A model generated the notes under the pieces. That model was not told the origin of the DNA. It worked only from the letters and a program-made list of their open reading frames with translations, and ran no database searches. 64,000 bases of DNA, taken from the NCBI GenBank assembly GCA_963717465.1, contig OY970340.1:1248001-1312000 (forward strand), read 5' to 3'. Shown piece after piece: positions 1-10,357 of this stretch. Each line of letters starts with the position of its first letter. The first letter of the stretch is position 1. Made by a program: the position numbers and the translations under genes. This DNA comes from Candidatus Bathyarchaeota archaeon (GTDB taxonomy: Archaea; Thermoproteota; Bathyarchaeia; Bathyarchaeales; Bathycorpusculaceae).

Positions 1-382
1 AACTTCCCCAAGCGGTTCTTTTAGCGGTCATGCTCTGTTTATACCAGATAATTTCTGTTCGCATTATCATACCGATATCTCTAACAATTCTGGAAATGTC
101 ATGGTGTACTGGTCTGAAATTCTTTATACTGGTTGGTGCGATATTGATAGCAAGTCTGCCACCTTCCATGAGTACCCGGTTAGTTTCTGCAAAAATGTCT
201 TTTAGCCATTTTAGGTATTGGTCATATTCTAAGTCGTCGTTATATGTTGCGTAGTTTATGCCTAAATTATATGGTGGCGAGGTTATCGCCATGTGAATAC
301 TATTTGAGGGTATTTTCTTAAGGACTGCAAGAGCGTCTCCACAAATTATCTTATTTAGAAAGCTCTCTAGGCTTAGTTCCAC
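1..382 (-). CDS. Site-specific DNA methyltransferase (N4-C/N6-A, beta class), runs off the window
   Basis: Own translation from GTG at 382: MELSLESFLNKIICGDALAVLKKIPSNSIHMAITSPPYNLG...EIIWYK..AWGS; TSPPY motif IV; not in the ORF track. Confidence 0.9.
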   Translation of the reverse strand, partial: MELSLESFLNKIICGDALAVLKKIPSNSIHMAITSPPYNLGINYATYNDDLEYDQYLKWLKDIFAETNRVLMEGGRLAINIAPTSIKNFRPVHHDISRIVRDIGMIMRTEIIWYKQSMTAKRTAWGS

Positions 383-399
383 TCTACAAGACGCTCTCC

Positions 400-627
400 T
401 TATGTGCTATTTATCGTCTGTTCTGCCTTATCAATACCTATGTTTCCCTTGGAAGGCTCTTTAATTGGTCTAACGACTAGAATTATGTTATTGTCTTTAG
501 CTTCAAAGTCCCATTCAAGCCAATCACCAGCTTTAAGTTTGTAGTGTTTAAGGATACTCATAGGTACAGTGGTTCTTAGAGATTCTTTACCCGGTGTAGC
601 AATTGAGAGTTTACTTTTTTCACCCAT
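400..627 (-). CDS. AbrB/MazE/SpoVT-like DNA-binding protein
   Basis: SLRTTVPMSILKHYKLKAGDWLEW swapped-hairpin pattern, 75 aa. Confidence 0.75.
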   Translation of the reverse strand: MGEKSKLSIATPGKESLRTTVPMSILKHYKLKAGDWLEWDFEAKDNNIILVVRPIKEPSKGNIGIDKAEQTINST

Positions 628-630
628 AAT

Positions 631-763
631 ATTTACCTTCTTTAGGGTAATAAAGTTGGTGCGTAGTATATAAGTTTACCCGCTAAGAGATAAACTAAAA
701 TACCCTAAAGTTTATAAAGTGGCACACTATGTGGTAATGTTTAGGGTAAACAAGAGGGTAAAC
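631..763. promoter_or_regulatory. Divergent promoter with repeated (A/G)GGGTAA boxes
   Basis: TTTAGGGTAA 641-650 and 740-749, TACCCTAAA 701-709, GTTTACCC 674-681, GAGGGTAAAC 754-763; TATA-like TATATAA 667-673 and TTTATAAA 711-718. Confidence 0.55.
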
Positions 764-1897
764 GATATGATGAGCATTGAAACACTTGAGAAAGTTCGTG
801 AAGAAAGAGGTCTAGAGATAGCCCATAAGAAAGGAAATCAAGTTAATCGTATAGATGATTGCTTATACACTGTAAAATCTCAATCTGGAAGCGGTGAGTA
901 TGCTGTTTGTCAGGTTAACGGCGAGTTAGTTTGTGAATGCCCAGATTTTCAGTTTCGCCATGTAAAATGCAAACACATCTTTGCAGTTGAATTTTCCAAG
1001 TCACTAAGAGAAGCAACTAAACGGATTGCTCCAATAGAGAATCTTGGTGAATGTGTCTATTGTCAATCTTCTAATTTAATGAAGTATGGCGTTCGCAAAA
1101 ATAAAAGTGGAAATCTTCAAGTGTTCTATTGTCGAAATTGCCAAAAATACTTCACCGTTAATATCGGTTTTGAACGAATGAAGCATAACCCTCAAGCGAT
1201 AACCTCAGCTATGCAATTGTACTTTAGCGGTGAAAGCTTAAGAAATACTCAGAATTCGCTTAAGCTGTTGGGCGTTGAGGTTTCTTATCGAACAATTTTA
1301 AACTGGATTAAGAAGTATGTTGGTTTAATGAAGAATTATGTTGAAACTATCACTCCAAACGTTAGCGATACTTGGAGAGCCGATGAAATATACATCAAGG
1401 TAAAGGGCGATATGAAGTACCTTTTCGCTATGATGGATGATGAAACAAGATTCTGGATAGCTCAAGAAGTAGCAGAAACTAAGTATAGCCATGATGCAAG
1501 AAAGCTTTTGCAGATGTCTAAACAATTAATGGGCAAAAAACCAGTGACCTTCATAACTGATGGCTTGCCATCTTATCATGACGCATACAAGAAAGAGTTT
1601 TGGACACAGTTGAAAGAGACAAGAACCGAACACATTAACGCAATCAAACTTAGCGGTGATATGCACAATAACAAAATGGAAAGAATGAACGGAGAAATCC
1701 GAGATAGAGAAAAGACCATGAGAGGACTAAAAACAACCGACACAGCAATCTTGACAGGTTACCAATTATTCCATAACTTCATTAGACCACATGAAGCATT
1801 AAACGGTAAAACTCCGAGTGAAGCTTGCGGGATAACTATTGAGGGTGAGAATAAATGGAAAACTTTGATAGAAAACGCAAGCAAAAAGACAAAATAG
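719..1897 (+). CDS. IS6-family-like DDE transposase with N-terminal SWIM finger and Zn ribbon (start probably ATG 767/770)
   Basis: CECPDFQFRHVKCKH (SWIM); CVYC...FYCRNC; DDE motifs WRADEIYIK, FITDGLPSY, NNKMERMNG. Confidence 0.9.
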   Translation: MAHYVVMFRVNKRVNDMMSIETLEKVREERGLEIAHKKGNQVNRIDDCLYTVKSQSGSGEYAVCQVNGELVCECPDFQFRHVKCKHIFAVEFSKSLREATKRIAPIENLGECVYCQSSNLMKYGVRKNKSGNLQVFYCRNCQKYFTVNIGFERMKHNPQAITSAMQLYFSGESLRNTQNSLKLLGVEVSYRTILNWIKKYVGLMKNYVETITPNVSDTWRADEIYIKVKGDMKYLFAMMDDETRFWIAQEVAETKYSHDARKLLQMSKQLMGKKPVTFITDGLPSYHDAYKKEFWTQLKETRTEHINAIKLSGDMHNNKMERMNGEIRDREKTMRGLKTTDTAILTGYQLFHNFIRPHEALNGKTPSEACGITIEGENKWKTLIENASKKTK

Positions 1898-1967
1898 ACT
1901 TTTTCAAGTTACATTGGCTACCGTAAGTGTTAAGAACTTGAAATATAAAAAAGCTGATGGGGTTTGA

Positions 1968-2255
1968 ATGAGTCAGCATAAATATTACCATTTTAGCATA
2001 ACAGTTAAAACTGATATTAAATCAGTTCTCTATTGTTTACGGGCATTAAGTATGTATGCTCAAAAAACAGGTTTAAAGATGATTCCTTGGGGTGGTCAGA
2101 CTGACAAAAAATGGGAAAAGAGCAATCATCAGGTCACGTTCTACTTTACAAGTGAAGAATATCGTAACTCGTTTGTTGTTGAAGCTCGGAAATTGCTGCC
2201 TGAGTCGTGGGAAATTATTGAAAAAAGAGATGATAATTCGCCCATACTACAATAG
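1968..2255 (+). CDS. Hypothetical passenger protein, 95 aa
   Basis: Clean ORF with SD-like GGGGT upstream, between the transposase and the element end. Confidence 0.65.
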   Translation: MSQHKYYHFSITVKTDIKSVLYCLRALSMYAQKTGLKMIPWGGQTDKKWEKSNHQVTFYFTSEEYRNSFVVEARKLLPESWEIIEKRDDNSPILQ

Positions 2256-2310
2256 TTAACATGGACACAAAAACACCAAATGGTTTTTCACATGAACACC
2301 AAACCAAACG

Positions 2311-2326
2311 CTAACTTCACAGAACC
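2311..2326 (-). repeat. Putative right terminal inverted repeat of the IS6-like element
   Basis: CTAACTTCACAGAACC, reverse complement GGTTCTGTGAAGTTAG. Confidence 0.6.
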
Positions 2327-2407
2327 CGGTTCACGGTTCTCTTAACAACTTTTTTCATAGTTAGTCATTCTCGTTAAATTCAAAAGAGTTTTAAGCTTTT
2401 ATTCACT

Positions 2408-2459
2408 GACTATTATAGCCTTTGAATTAAGTGGACTAATATAGCCTTTGAGTTAAGGG
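2408..2459 (+). repeat. 26-bp imperfect tandem duplication upstream of egsA
   Basis: GACTATTATAGCCTTTGAATTAAGTG / GACTAATATAGCCTTTGAGTTAAGGG, 23/26 identical. Confidence 0.85.
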
Positions 2460-2465
2460 GTAAAT

Positions 2466-3524
2466 TTGACTTCAACTTACCATTACATGCAGCTTCCAAG
2501 GGAAGTGATTGTTGGGAAAGGAACAATTACACGGGTTCCCGAAGTTGTAAGACGGCTTGGACTTAGCGGGAAAGCCTTGATAATTGCAGGCGAAAAAAGC
2601 CATGAGCTAGCGGGGAAAAAGGTCTGCGAGTTTCTTGAAAAAGCAGGTATGAAATCTGATATTATAATTATTAAAGCTATAACGATGAAAGATGTTTTCG
2701 ACATAGAAGATGAGATTGAAAAGTTAAGGCCTCAAGTCATATTCGGTGTCGGTGGAGGAACAAAAATCGATGCAGCAAAAATTTGTTCTGAAAGCCAAGG
2801 TTTGCCTTTTATTAGTGTGCCGACGACTGTTTCTCATGATGGAATTGCAAGTCCCCTTGCTTCTATTAAGGGGTCAAATAAGCCGTACTCAATCTTAACT
2901 CAGGCACCTTTAGCGGTTATAGCGGATACTGATATTATTTCTCAAGCGCCTTGGCGTTCAGTTATTAGTGGTTGTGGAGACGTAATTGCCAAGTTTACTG
3001 CTGTTAAGGATTGGAAGTTGGCGCATGTAGATAACAGCGAGTACTATGGCGGGTACGCTGCTAGTTTAGCTCTGATGAGTGCAAAATTAGTCATTGAAAA
3101 CTCCAAGTTTTTTGTAGAAGGAAACGATGAGGGACTGCGTGTTCTTCTTGAAGCATTAATCAGCTGCGGAGTGGCAATGAGCATCGCGGGAAGCAGTCGT
3201 CCATGCAGTGGTTCAGAACACTTGTTCAGTCACGCCTTAGACATCGTTAACTCCCATCATGCGATGCATGGTGAACAATGCGGTGTCGGCTCAATTTTAA
3301 CTGCTTATCTCCACCATTCAAAGTGGCTAAAAATTAAGAGCACGCTCAAGAAGATTGGTGCTCCAACAACCGCTCAAGAACTAGGCATTAAAGATGAAGA
3401 ATTAATTAGGGCGTTGGAGGTTGCTGTGACAATTAGGCCCGAACGTTACACTATTCTCCATAAACTTAGTCTTAGTTTTGAGGAATGTGAGAAAGCAGCT
3501 AAAGAAACTGGAACAATAAATTAA
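2466..3524 (+). CDS. egsA: sn-glycerol-1-phosphate dehydrogenase
   Basis: GVGGGTKID, PTTVSHDGIASP, SSRPCSGSEHLFSHALD, HGEQCG. Confidence 0.95.
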   Translation: MTSTYHYMQLPREVIVGKGTITRVPEVVRRLGLSGKALIIAGEKSHELAGKKVCEFLEKAGMKSDIIIIKAITMKDVFDIEDEIEKLRPQVIFGVGGGTKIDAAKICSESQGLPFISVPTTVSHDGIASPLASIKGSNKPYSILTQAPLAVIADTDIISQAPWRSVISGCGDVIAKFTAVKDWKLAHVDNSEYYGGYAASLALMSAKLVIENSKFFVEGNDEGLRVLLEALISCGVAMSIAGSSRPCSGSEHLFSHALDIVNSHHAMHGEQCGVGSILTAYLHHSKWLKIKSTLKKIGAPTTAQELGIKDEELIRALEVAVTIRPERYTILHKLSLSFEECEKAAKETGTIN

Positions 3525-3545
3525 AATTAATGGTTTGCTTGGCTT

Positions 3546-4313
3546 TTATGCGTTAGGTTGATTTTCTTTTGTTTCTTCCTGCTTGGTTTCTTGTTGTTTT
3601 GGTTCTTCTTTTGGTTCGATTTTTGGTACTTCAGTTTTGAAAGTTTCGATGAATTTTATTTCTGATATGACCATGATGTATTTTTGGATGTCCATTGCGA
3701 TGCCTCGTTTGGCGATTTGTATTCCTTCAATGTAATAGGTTTCTTCAGGCATGTCGACTGTTAATGTCTGCTCTTGCACTGAAAGTTTAAATTTGTTTTC
3801 TTCAACGCTGGGTATTCTGCGGTGGATGAGAGCCGCGATTTTATCGTTAATTGCTTCTAATTTTTTGGTTATTGTAACATCGTAAACAAGTGTTCTTCCA
3901 GCTAATGGTGGATTAAAGTCAAGAAGTACTCTTCCTGCACCGGTTGAGCGGACTACTGCCATTTTTCCGTTGTACTCAATTCTTGCTCCCACGACAGGGT
4001 TAATTTGCTTTTCAAGTAACTGTTTGATTGGTACGCGTCTAATTTTTTCCGGATCTCTTTGTCCGAAGGCTTTTTCTGCTGGAATTTCAACGGTTGATTG
4101 CTTTTCGATTTCCATTGTTAGTAAGCTTTCATCAAGGGTTTTAAGAACCCAGCCTTCACCTGTTATGACAAGTTTCGGCTCGTATATGTCGCCTTCTCTG
4201 TGAAGGTGTTCTTTTTTGGCGACTTCATCAATTGTTGTATCAAAAACCTCGTTTGTTTCTTTAACTTTACCAACATAATTGATAAACACAAAGTCTCCTT
4301 TCTGCAGGGCCAT
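3546..4313 (-). CDS. Long-type FKBP peptidyl-prolyl isomerase (SlyD-like)
   Basis: VFDTT, IPAEKAFG, DFNPPLAGRTL, archaeal C-terminal domain. Confidence 0.92.
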   Translation of the reverse strand: MALQKGDFVFINYVGKVKETNEVFDTTIDEVAKKEHLHREGDIYEPKLVITGEGWVLKTLDESLLTMEIEKQSTVEIPAEKAFGQRDPEKIRRVPIKQLLEKQINPVVGARIEYNGKMAVVRSTGAGRVLLDFNPPLAGRTLVYDVTITKKLEAINDKIAALIHRRIPSVEENKFKLSVQEQTLTVDMPEETYYIEGIQIAKRGIAMDIQKYIMVISEIKFIETFKTEVPKIEPKEEPKQQETKQEETKENQPNA

Positions 4314-4426
4314 CTTGAATCTTCCTTTACATTAAGTTTTAACGGCGAATGTAAGTTTCATACGCTAATAAAAACTTTCTCTAGCCAAAAATGATAGGTG
4401 CTCACAACCATACGTAAAAAGGAAGT

Positions 4427-4744
4427 AGCGATGGACCACTGCGGTTCGACGCCTAGACTCCGCCTGAAACTTCAAGCCCTAGACTCTTACCCGTGCCCCC
4501 TTGAGCGCATAGCGTCCAAACTTAGGTTGCTCTCTCCCGAGCCTAGCCAGGTTCGCCTGGTGAACAATGAAACAACTCCCCTACGGAAGCTGCCCATAGA
4601 CCGCCAGCCCCAAAGGACGGATAGTCACTGGTTCGGAAATGAAGACTCAAGCGGCCTTTGACGCCTCATCCGCAGATGTCAGCCCGTCATATAGAGGGTT
4701 TACGGTATAATGGACCCCTACCCCACCGCCTAAGATCCATCGCC
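4427..4744 (-). ncRNA. ffs: Archaeal SRP (7S) RNA
   Basis: About 318 nt, GC-rich; 5' GGCGATGGATC pairs with 3' GGTCCATCGCT; helix 8 CTAGGCTC-GGGA-GAGAGCAACC; TATA TTTTATAG about 25 nt upstream. Confidence 0.92.
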
Positions 4745-4962
4745 ATTATAATCATTTTTAGTCTTTGCTATAAAAGTTTAGTTTTATTAGGAAATTCAGC
4801 TTTTTTTTATGCCTTCTTCATCCGCCTTTTAAATAAAAATTTGTAACGTCATTTTCTATTGATGGTTTTTGCCTGCATTAATTCGAATTTTTTCATCAGA
4901 ATTGTTTGTTTTTTTGTTAATGCGTTTTCGTTAGCAATTAATTTTTTAATTAATGCTGACTT

Positions 4963-6519
4963 GTGTCCTTAAATACATGCTTAGATATGGTAAATAAAAA
5001 ATGGAAGGTAGCAGCAATGGACTCAAAAAAAATTGCGGCTGCGTTGCTTATAGCAATTTTAGCGAGCATTATTGTTCCATGTGTATCGGCTTCTGATACT
5101 TTAACTAAAGATGATTTCAGTCAAACAAGTTTTTCAAAATCAATCGATTACTTTGACTATGTTCGCACATACCTTAACGATGTGGGCGTTACTGCGCCAA
5201 GCGGCTTTGACAATTGGCATGCGAACGTTTACATGAATTACGTTAACACAAGCGGCATTCAACTATTGTATGCTGGGCTTGAAAACATTTCTTCAATCAG
5301 CGATGTTTCATTAAATATTCCCATGCAGTCATTCATTTTGCATTACAAGACAGCCGATAATAGCGACGCATTTTTAAGTTCAACATTTTTAATGTTGATG
5401 GCTTTCAAAGAGGGGCCTAATACTAGTTATCCTGGTTCTCCCGACACAAATGATACTCTTTACGCCTCCTTTAGTTTTGGCGTTTCGGCCCTTACATCTG
5501 TATTGCCAATTTTAAACAGCCAAACAATCCTTACTCCTTTGACACATTCAAGCGACAATCTGCAATGGTCTTGGGGCATGACTTATACTAATTTGACAGC
5601 TTTGTGGTACACGATGTGGGCAGATCCGAATAATGCAACCTATAATAGCATTCCGGTAGCAGCGACTACCTATAACGAGTTAACATTCACCTATAACCTT
5701 ACCATTAACCCCACAACAGACACAGTAACATTGCAGGAAAATCATGTTATTGGTAGGATACGCGATTTAGTAGTTTTTGACTCTGATAGACTTAGTTACG
5801 TTCACTATAACAGCACAGGCGAATATGAGTTATTAGGCTTAGAAAAAATAAGCAACACAACGGTCTACGATTATCTGGATAGTAACAACATTAAAATGAG
5901 CATTTTAAACTATCAAACATCTACAGTAGTTGGTCACACAACATACTGTTCAACGCCGTCAGGCCAAGACGTGAACGGAACGACTGACACAGACGTTTCA
6001 GACTCATCAATCAATACTTATACTGATACGGGAGAGAAAATTTTCACCTCAGATTTCGGCTCAAAACAACAATACAAACTCTATAATTATACCGCCGATC
6101 CAACAGAAAGCACCTATAATACGTACGATTCAATTACGCGGATAGTTCCAATCGCTGGTTACGCTGCAGACACTGGTTTGTTCTCATACCAAATGGAGTT
6201 TGCAAGTTATTTGCCATTGACAATTTATCACATGTCTCCAGGATTGTACGATGATGTGAAAGATTCGGTGGCTAACATGAGTCGGGCTGATTACTTGTAT
6301 ATAATCAGTTATCCAACATACAGCGGATTCAAAATCGTTCATGACCCAACATTCACTGCATATGCAACAATAACTCAACCATCAACTCAAATCTCGACAG
6401 GCGCTGGATTGCTATTTTTAGTAATAATAGCGGTTATCTTAGTAGCGGTTATTGCATTGGCGGCAACTTCGTTGAAAAGACACAAACAGACAGAACAAAA
6501 ACAAAATACGAATTCATAA
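4963..6519 (+). CDS. Secreted, C-terminally membrane-anchored surface protein
   Basis: Signal peptide (KKIAAALLIAILASII..SA), Thr/Tyr/Asn-rich body with many N-x-S/T sequons, C-terminal TM and basic tail; true start probably downstream. Confidence 0.75.
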   Translation: MSLNTCLDMVNKKWKVAAMDSKKIAAALLIAILASIIVPCVSASDTLTKDDFSQTSFSKSIDYFDYVRTYLNDVGVTAPSGFDNWHANVYMNYVNTSGIQLLYAGLENISSISDVSLNIPMQSFILHYKTADNSDAFLSSTFLMLMAFKEGPNTSYPGSPDTNDTLYASFSFGVSALTSVLPILNSQTILTPLTHSSDNLQWSWGMTYTNLTALWYTMWADPNNATYNSIPVAATTYNELTFTYNLTINPTTDTVTLQENHVIGRIRDLVVFDSDRLSYVHYNSTGEYELLGLEKISNTTVYDYLDSNNIKMSILNYQTSTVVGHTTYCSTPSGQDVNGTTDTDVSDSSINTYTDTGEKIFTSDFGSKQQYKLYNYTADPTESTYNTYDSITRIVPIAGYAADTGLFSYQMEFASYLPLTIYHMSPGLYDDVKDSVANMSRADYLYIISYPTYSGFKIVHDPTFTAYATITQPSTQISTGAGLLFLVIIAVILVAVIALAATSLKRHKQTEQKQNTNS

Positions 6520-6523
6520 TTTC

Positions 6524-7342
6524 CTATTTTTTCTCTTTAAAAGTAGCTGCCTTTAAGCTATGTGCCGTTTCTTCAAGTTCCTTAAGCATCAAATCAGCCT
6601 TATTCTCATTCTTAGCGATAATGTTTACGAAGGCGCTTCCAACTATGACTCCGTCGGCTCCTGCCTCGATTATGAGCTTAACATGTTCAGGCTTTGATAT
6701 GCCAAATCCAACAGCCAACGGAATGCTCCCGGAAATTAGAGGCAAAACACGTTCAACTAGCTTTACCGTTTCCTTTTCCACTACCGATTTTGCCCCAGTT
6801 ACTCCGAAATGTGAAACCAGATAAAGAAATCCTGAAGAGTAAGCAACAATTTTTTTGAACCGTTCATCAGACGTTGACGGTGCCGCCAAAAAAATGGTAT
6901 CTAGCCCGCATGCGACTGCGGCTTTCTTGTAGTCACCTGCTTCTTCGACTGGTAAATCTGGAATTATTATGCCATCAACCATGCAATCTTTAGCAGAATG
7001 GCAAAAATGGTTAAGTCCCATCCTGAACACTGGATTATAGTAAGTCATGACTATCACTGGTAATTCATGTTTACTTTTAATTTGTTTAGCAACCTCTAAA
7101 ACTTTAACGGGTGTTGTGCCAGATTGTAAGGCACGCAGACTTGCTGCCTGTATTGTAGGTCCGTCAGCAATCGGGTCAGAAAATGGAAGTCCAAGTTCTA
7201 GAATATCGACGCCTCCTTTGATTAGGGCGTCAGCAATCTTGGGCGTTAGCTCTAGTTTTGGGTCGCCGGCTGTGACGTAGCCGATAAGTGCTCCACTTTC
7301 TTTGGCTTTTGTTTTCTGAAATGCTTTGCTTATAGTTTTCAT
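6524..7342 (-). CDS. trpA: Tryptophan synthase alpha chain
   Basis: [29 protein letters not shown]. Confidence 0.97.
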   Translation of the reverse strand: MKTISKAFQKTKAKESGALIGYVTAGDPKLELTPKIADALIKGGVDILELGLPFSDPIADGPTIQAASLRALQSGTTPVKVLEVAKQIKSKHELPVIVMTYYNPVFRMGLNHFCHSAKDCMVDGIIIPDLPVEEAGDYKKAAVACGLDTIFLAAPSTSDERFKKIVAYSSGFLYLVSHFGVTGAKSVVEKETVKLVERVLPLISGSIPLAVGFGISKPEHVKLIIEAGADGVIVGSAFVNIIAKNENKADLMLKELEETAHSLKAATFKEKK

Positions 7343-8536
7343 ATTTTTTCACCGATAAAGTCCGCTATTGTATTCACATCCTTGTCTCCACGTCCAGAAA
7401 GAGTCACAACAATCGCTTTATTCTTCGGCATTTTCTTTGCCAGTTTCATTGCAAAAGCAACTGCGTGAGCAGATTCCAAGGCGGGCAAAATCCCTTCCTC
7501 ATGTGACAGCGCCAAAAAAGCATCGACTGCTTCCTTATCCGTTATTGAAGCGTACTGTGCTCTTTTAATCGATTTCAAGAAAGAATGTTCTGGTCCAACT
7601 CCTGGGTAATCAAGCCCTGCTGAGACGCTGTGAGTGCTGCTTATTTGCCCAAACTCGTCTTGAAGGATATATGTTAACATGCCGTGAAAAACTCCTTCCA
7701 TTCCTCCGCTGAGTGACGCAGCATGTTTGCCCGTGTCTAATCCTTGACCAGCCGCTTCAACGCCGTATAGTTCCACGGTTTTTTCATCTTCAAACGGGTA
7801 AAAAGTACCCATTGCATTGCTTCCGCCGCCTACGCAAGCAACTAATGCATCAGGGTATCTTCCCTCTTTTTGCATGAACTGTTTTTTCAGTTCCTTTCCG
7901 ATTATGCTTTGAAAATCCCTAACTATCATAGGATACGGGTGAGGACCCACAACTGAACCAATCAAGTAGTATGTATCCTTGAGGTTTGTAACCCAATCCC
8001 TAAATGCTTCATTAATCGAATCCTTAAGCGTTTTAGAGCCTGAATCAACCGAATGCACTTGGGCACCTAAAAGTTTCATTCGGAAAACGTTCAGTTTCTG
8101 GCGCTCACAATCTTCAGTCCCCATGTAAACTTCAGCCTTCAAACCCAAAGTTGCACAAGCAATAGCAGTAGCAACGCCATGTTGACCGGCTCCAGTTTCA
8201 GCTATGACCCGTGTTTTGCCCATGCGTCTTAGCCAGCAAAGCCTGTCCAATAGTATTGTTTATTTTATGTGCGCCGCCGTGAGCTAAATCTTCACGCTTT
8301 AGAAAGATTTTTGCTCCGCCAATTCTCCTTGTCATATTTTGTGCATAATATAGTGGTGTTGGTCTTCCAACGAACTCTGATAGGTAATATGCAAGTTCTT
8401 TTTTAAACGTAGGATCTTTTTGCGCTTGTTTGTATGCTTCTTCCAACTCTTTTATTGCTTCCATGAGAATTTCTGGAACGAAGCGTCCGCCATATTTTCC
8501 ATATTTCCCATTAACTGGGTAACTTTCAAGTTTCAT
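7339..8536 (-). CDS. trpB: Tryptophan synthase beta chain (one frameshift near 8228)
   Basis: [38 protein letters not shown] across two frames. Confidence 0.95.
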
Positions 8537-9312
8537 TTTGCATTCACAAACTCCGAAATTTTCATTTCAATGTTGTCTGCTGCCATTACAGCTGTGCCGA
8601 TGAGAAATGCTGATGCACCACAATTTTTGAGAAATAGTAAATCTTTTGCTGTTTTGATTCCGCTCTCACTTACAATTACTCTATGTTTAGGGTCAGGTTT
8701 ATTTAGAATTTCTTTTGTGCTGTTAAAGTCCACGTTTAATGTCGCCAGGTTCCTGTTGTTGATTCCTACAAGATTCGCTTCTGATCGAATGGCACGGTTA
8801 AATTCCTCTTTAGTGTGGGCTTCAAGCAGAACTTCAAGGTCATTCGCCTGCGCTTTTGCTATCATTTCGTCAATGCCAATTTCAACGTAACCTCTGTCAA
8901 AGATTGCTTGGATCAACAACACAGCGTCAGCGCCCATATGTTTAGCAGCCTCAACCTGCCGTGGACTTACGATTATGTCCTTCATCAAAATCGGAAGCTT
9001 TACTGCTTTTCTAGCATTAACTAACATGTCTAATGAGCCATTGAAGAATTTTGGCTCAGTCAAGACTGATATGGCAACTGCACCGCTTTTTTCCATTGCC
9101 CTGGCAATCTTGTCTGCTTCCACGTGGCTTCTGATTGTTCCATTTGAAGGTGATGCAGATTTAATTTCAGTTATAACCGGTGTAACATGACAATTTTGGA
9201 TTGCTTGCCGTAGACTAACCTGCAGGTGTTCCACAGGTATTGCTGTTTCGTAATAGCCAGCGTCAACAGTTTTTTTCGCGTCAAGTGCAAGTGCATCAAG
9301 AAAATCACTCAT
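8533..9312 (-). CDS. trpC: Indole-3-glycerol-phosphate synthase
   Basis: [26 protein letters not shown]. Confidence 0.95.
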   Translation of the reverse strand: MSDFLDALALDAKKTVDAGYYETAIPVEHLQVSLRQAIQNCHVTPVITEIKSASPSNGTIRSHVEADKIARAMEKSGAVAISVLTEPKFFNGSLDMLVNARKAVKLPILMKDIIVSPRQVEAAKHMGADAVLLIQAIFDRGYVEIGIDEMIAKAQANDLEVLLEAHTKEEFNRAIRSEANLVGINNRNLATLNVDFNSTKEILNKPDPKHRVIVSESGIKTAKDLLFLKNCGASAFLIGTAVMAADNIEMKISEFVNAK

Positions 9313-10357
9313 CAGCTTCCAACTCCTCAAGTTTAGACTTGTTTCCACCTGACGCTTCAATTAACGCCTCAAGCTTCCTAAATGCAGCTCCACTCTCAAT
9401 CGATTCGCGTGCAGCTTCCATGCCTTCTTGAAAATTATGCGCTTTTCCTCCAACAATAATTCCAGCAGCACTGTTTACTAATACAATCTCAGCTTTCGAG
9501 TCAGAGAGTCTGCCTGAGAGAATTCCGAAGATGGTTTTTGCGCTTTCATCAGAAGTTGAAGCTTGCAAATCAGTTAGTCTTGCCTTTTTCACGCCAAAAT
9601 CGCTTGGTTTGGATGTTATTTCTTCAATTTCTCCTTTTTTCAAATGCATGATGGTTGTTTTGCCTACAGTTGAGATTTCATCTAAGCCGTCTAGGCCATG
9701 GACAACCATTGCTTCTTCGCATCCGCTCTTCCTTAGGGCTTGAGCTAGTGGTTCTGTTAGTTTCGAATCGTAAACGCCTAATAGTTGGGCATTAGCGGAT
9801 GCTGGGTTAGTCAATGGGCCTAAAAGGTTGAATATGGTTCGAAACCCTAGCTCTTTTCTGGGTTCAGCAGCGTATTTCATGGCTGGGTGGAAAGCTGGAG
9901 CGTACATGAAGCCTACGCCGATTTTTTCAATCGTGTCTTGTACAGTTTTGGGTTCCATGTTAAGGTTGGCGCCTAATTTTTCTAGCACGTCAGCGCTGCC
10001 GCTTTTGCTTGAAACTGCCCTGTTTCCATGTTTAGCTACTGCTACCCCTGCGCCTGCGATAACAAAAGCGGATGCTGTGCTTATATTGAATGTTTTTATT
10101 TTGTCTCCGCCTGTTCCGCATGTATCGACTAATCGACCTTGTACTTTTGGTTGTATTTTCTGGCAGTGTTTTTTCATTATCGATGCAAAAGCGATGAGTT
10201 CTTCAACAGTTTCTCCCTTCATTTTCAGCGCAGTTAAGAAAGCAGCTGTTTGCGCGTTCGTCGTTTTTCCCGACATGATTTCGTTCATTATCTGTTCTGA
10301 TTCATCGACTGTAAGATTGTCAGCTTGAATTAATTTTTGTAAACCTTCCTTGATCAT
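9305..10357 (-). CDS. trpD: Anthranilate phosphoribosyltransferase
   Basis: DTCGTGGD, KHGNRAVSSKSGSAD, GLDE. Confidence 0.96.
   Translation of the reverse strand: MIKEGLQKLIQADNLTVDESEQIMNEIMSGKTTNAQTAAFLTALKMKGETVEELIAFASIMKKHCQKIQPKVQGRLVDTCGTGGDKIKTFNISTASAFVIAGAGVAVAKHGNRAVSSKSGSADVLEKLGANLNMEPKTVQDTIEKIGVGFMYAPAFHPAMKYAAEPRKELGFRTIFNLLGPLTNPASANAQLLGVYDSKLTEPLAQALRKSGCEEAMVVHGLDGLDEISTVGKTTIMHLKKGEIEEITSKPSDFGVKKARLTDLQASTSDESAKTIFGILSGRLSDSKAEIVLVNSAAGIIVGGKAHNFQEGMEAARESIESGAAFRKLEALIEASGGNKSKLEELEADE

Larger units (their letters stand above)
1..2326. mobile_element. IS6-like transposon with passenger genes (right part; left end outside the window)
   Basis: IS6-type DDE transposase; right end reads GGTTCTGTGAAGTTAG on the minus strand, similar to IS431/IS257 ends (GGTTCTGTTGCAAAG). 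Inclusion of the MTase is inferred. Confidence 0.65.

Noticed and set aside
4427..4744. RNase P RNA, or the short ORFs 4398-4661 and 4658-4846
   Set aside because: No GAGGAAAGUCC P4 motif; helix 8 and terminal pairing identify SRP RNA, and the ORFs are antisense shadows
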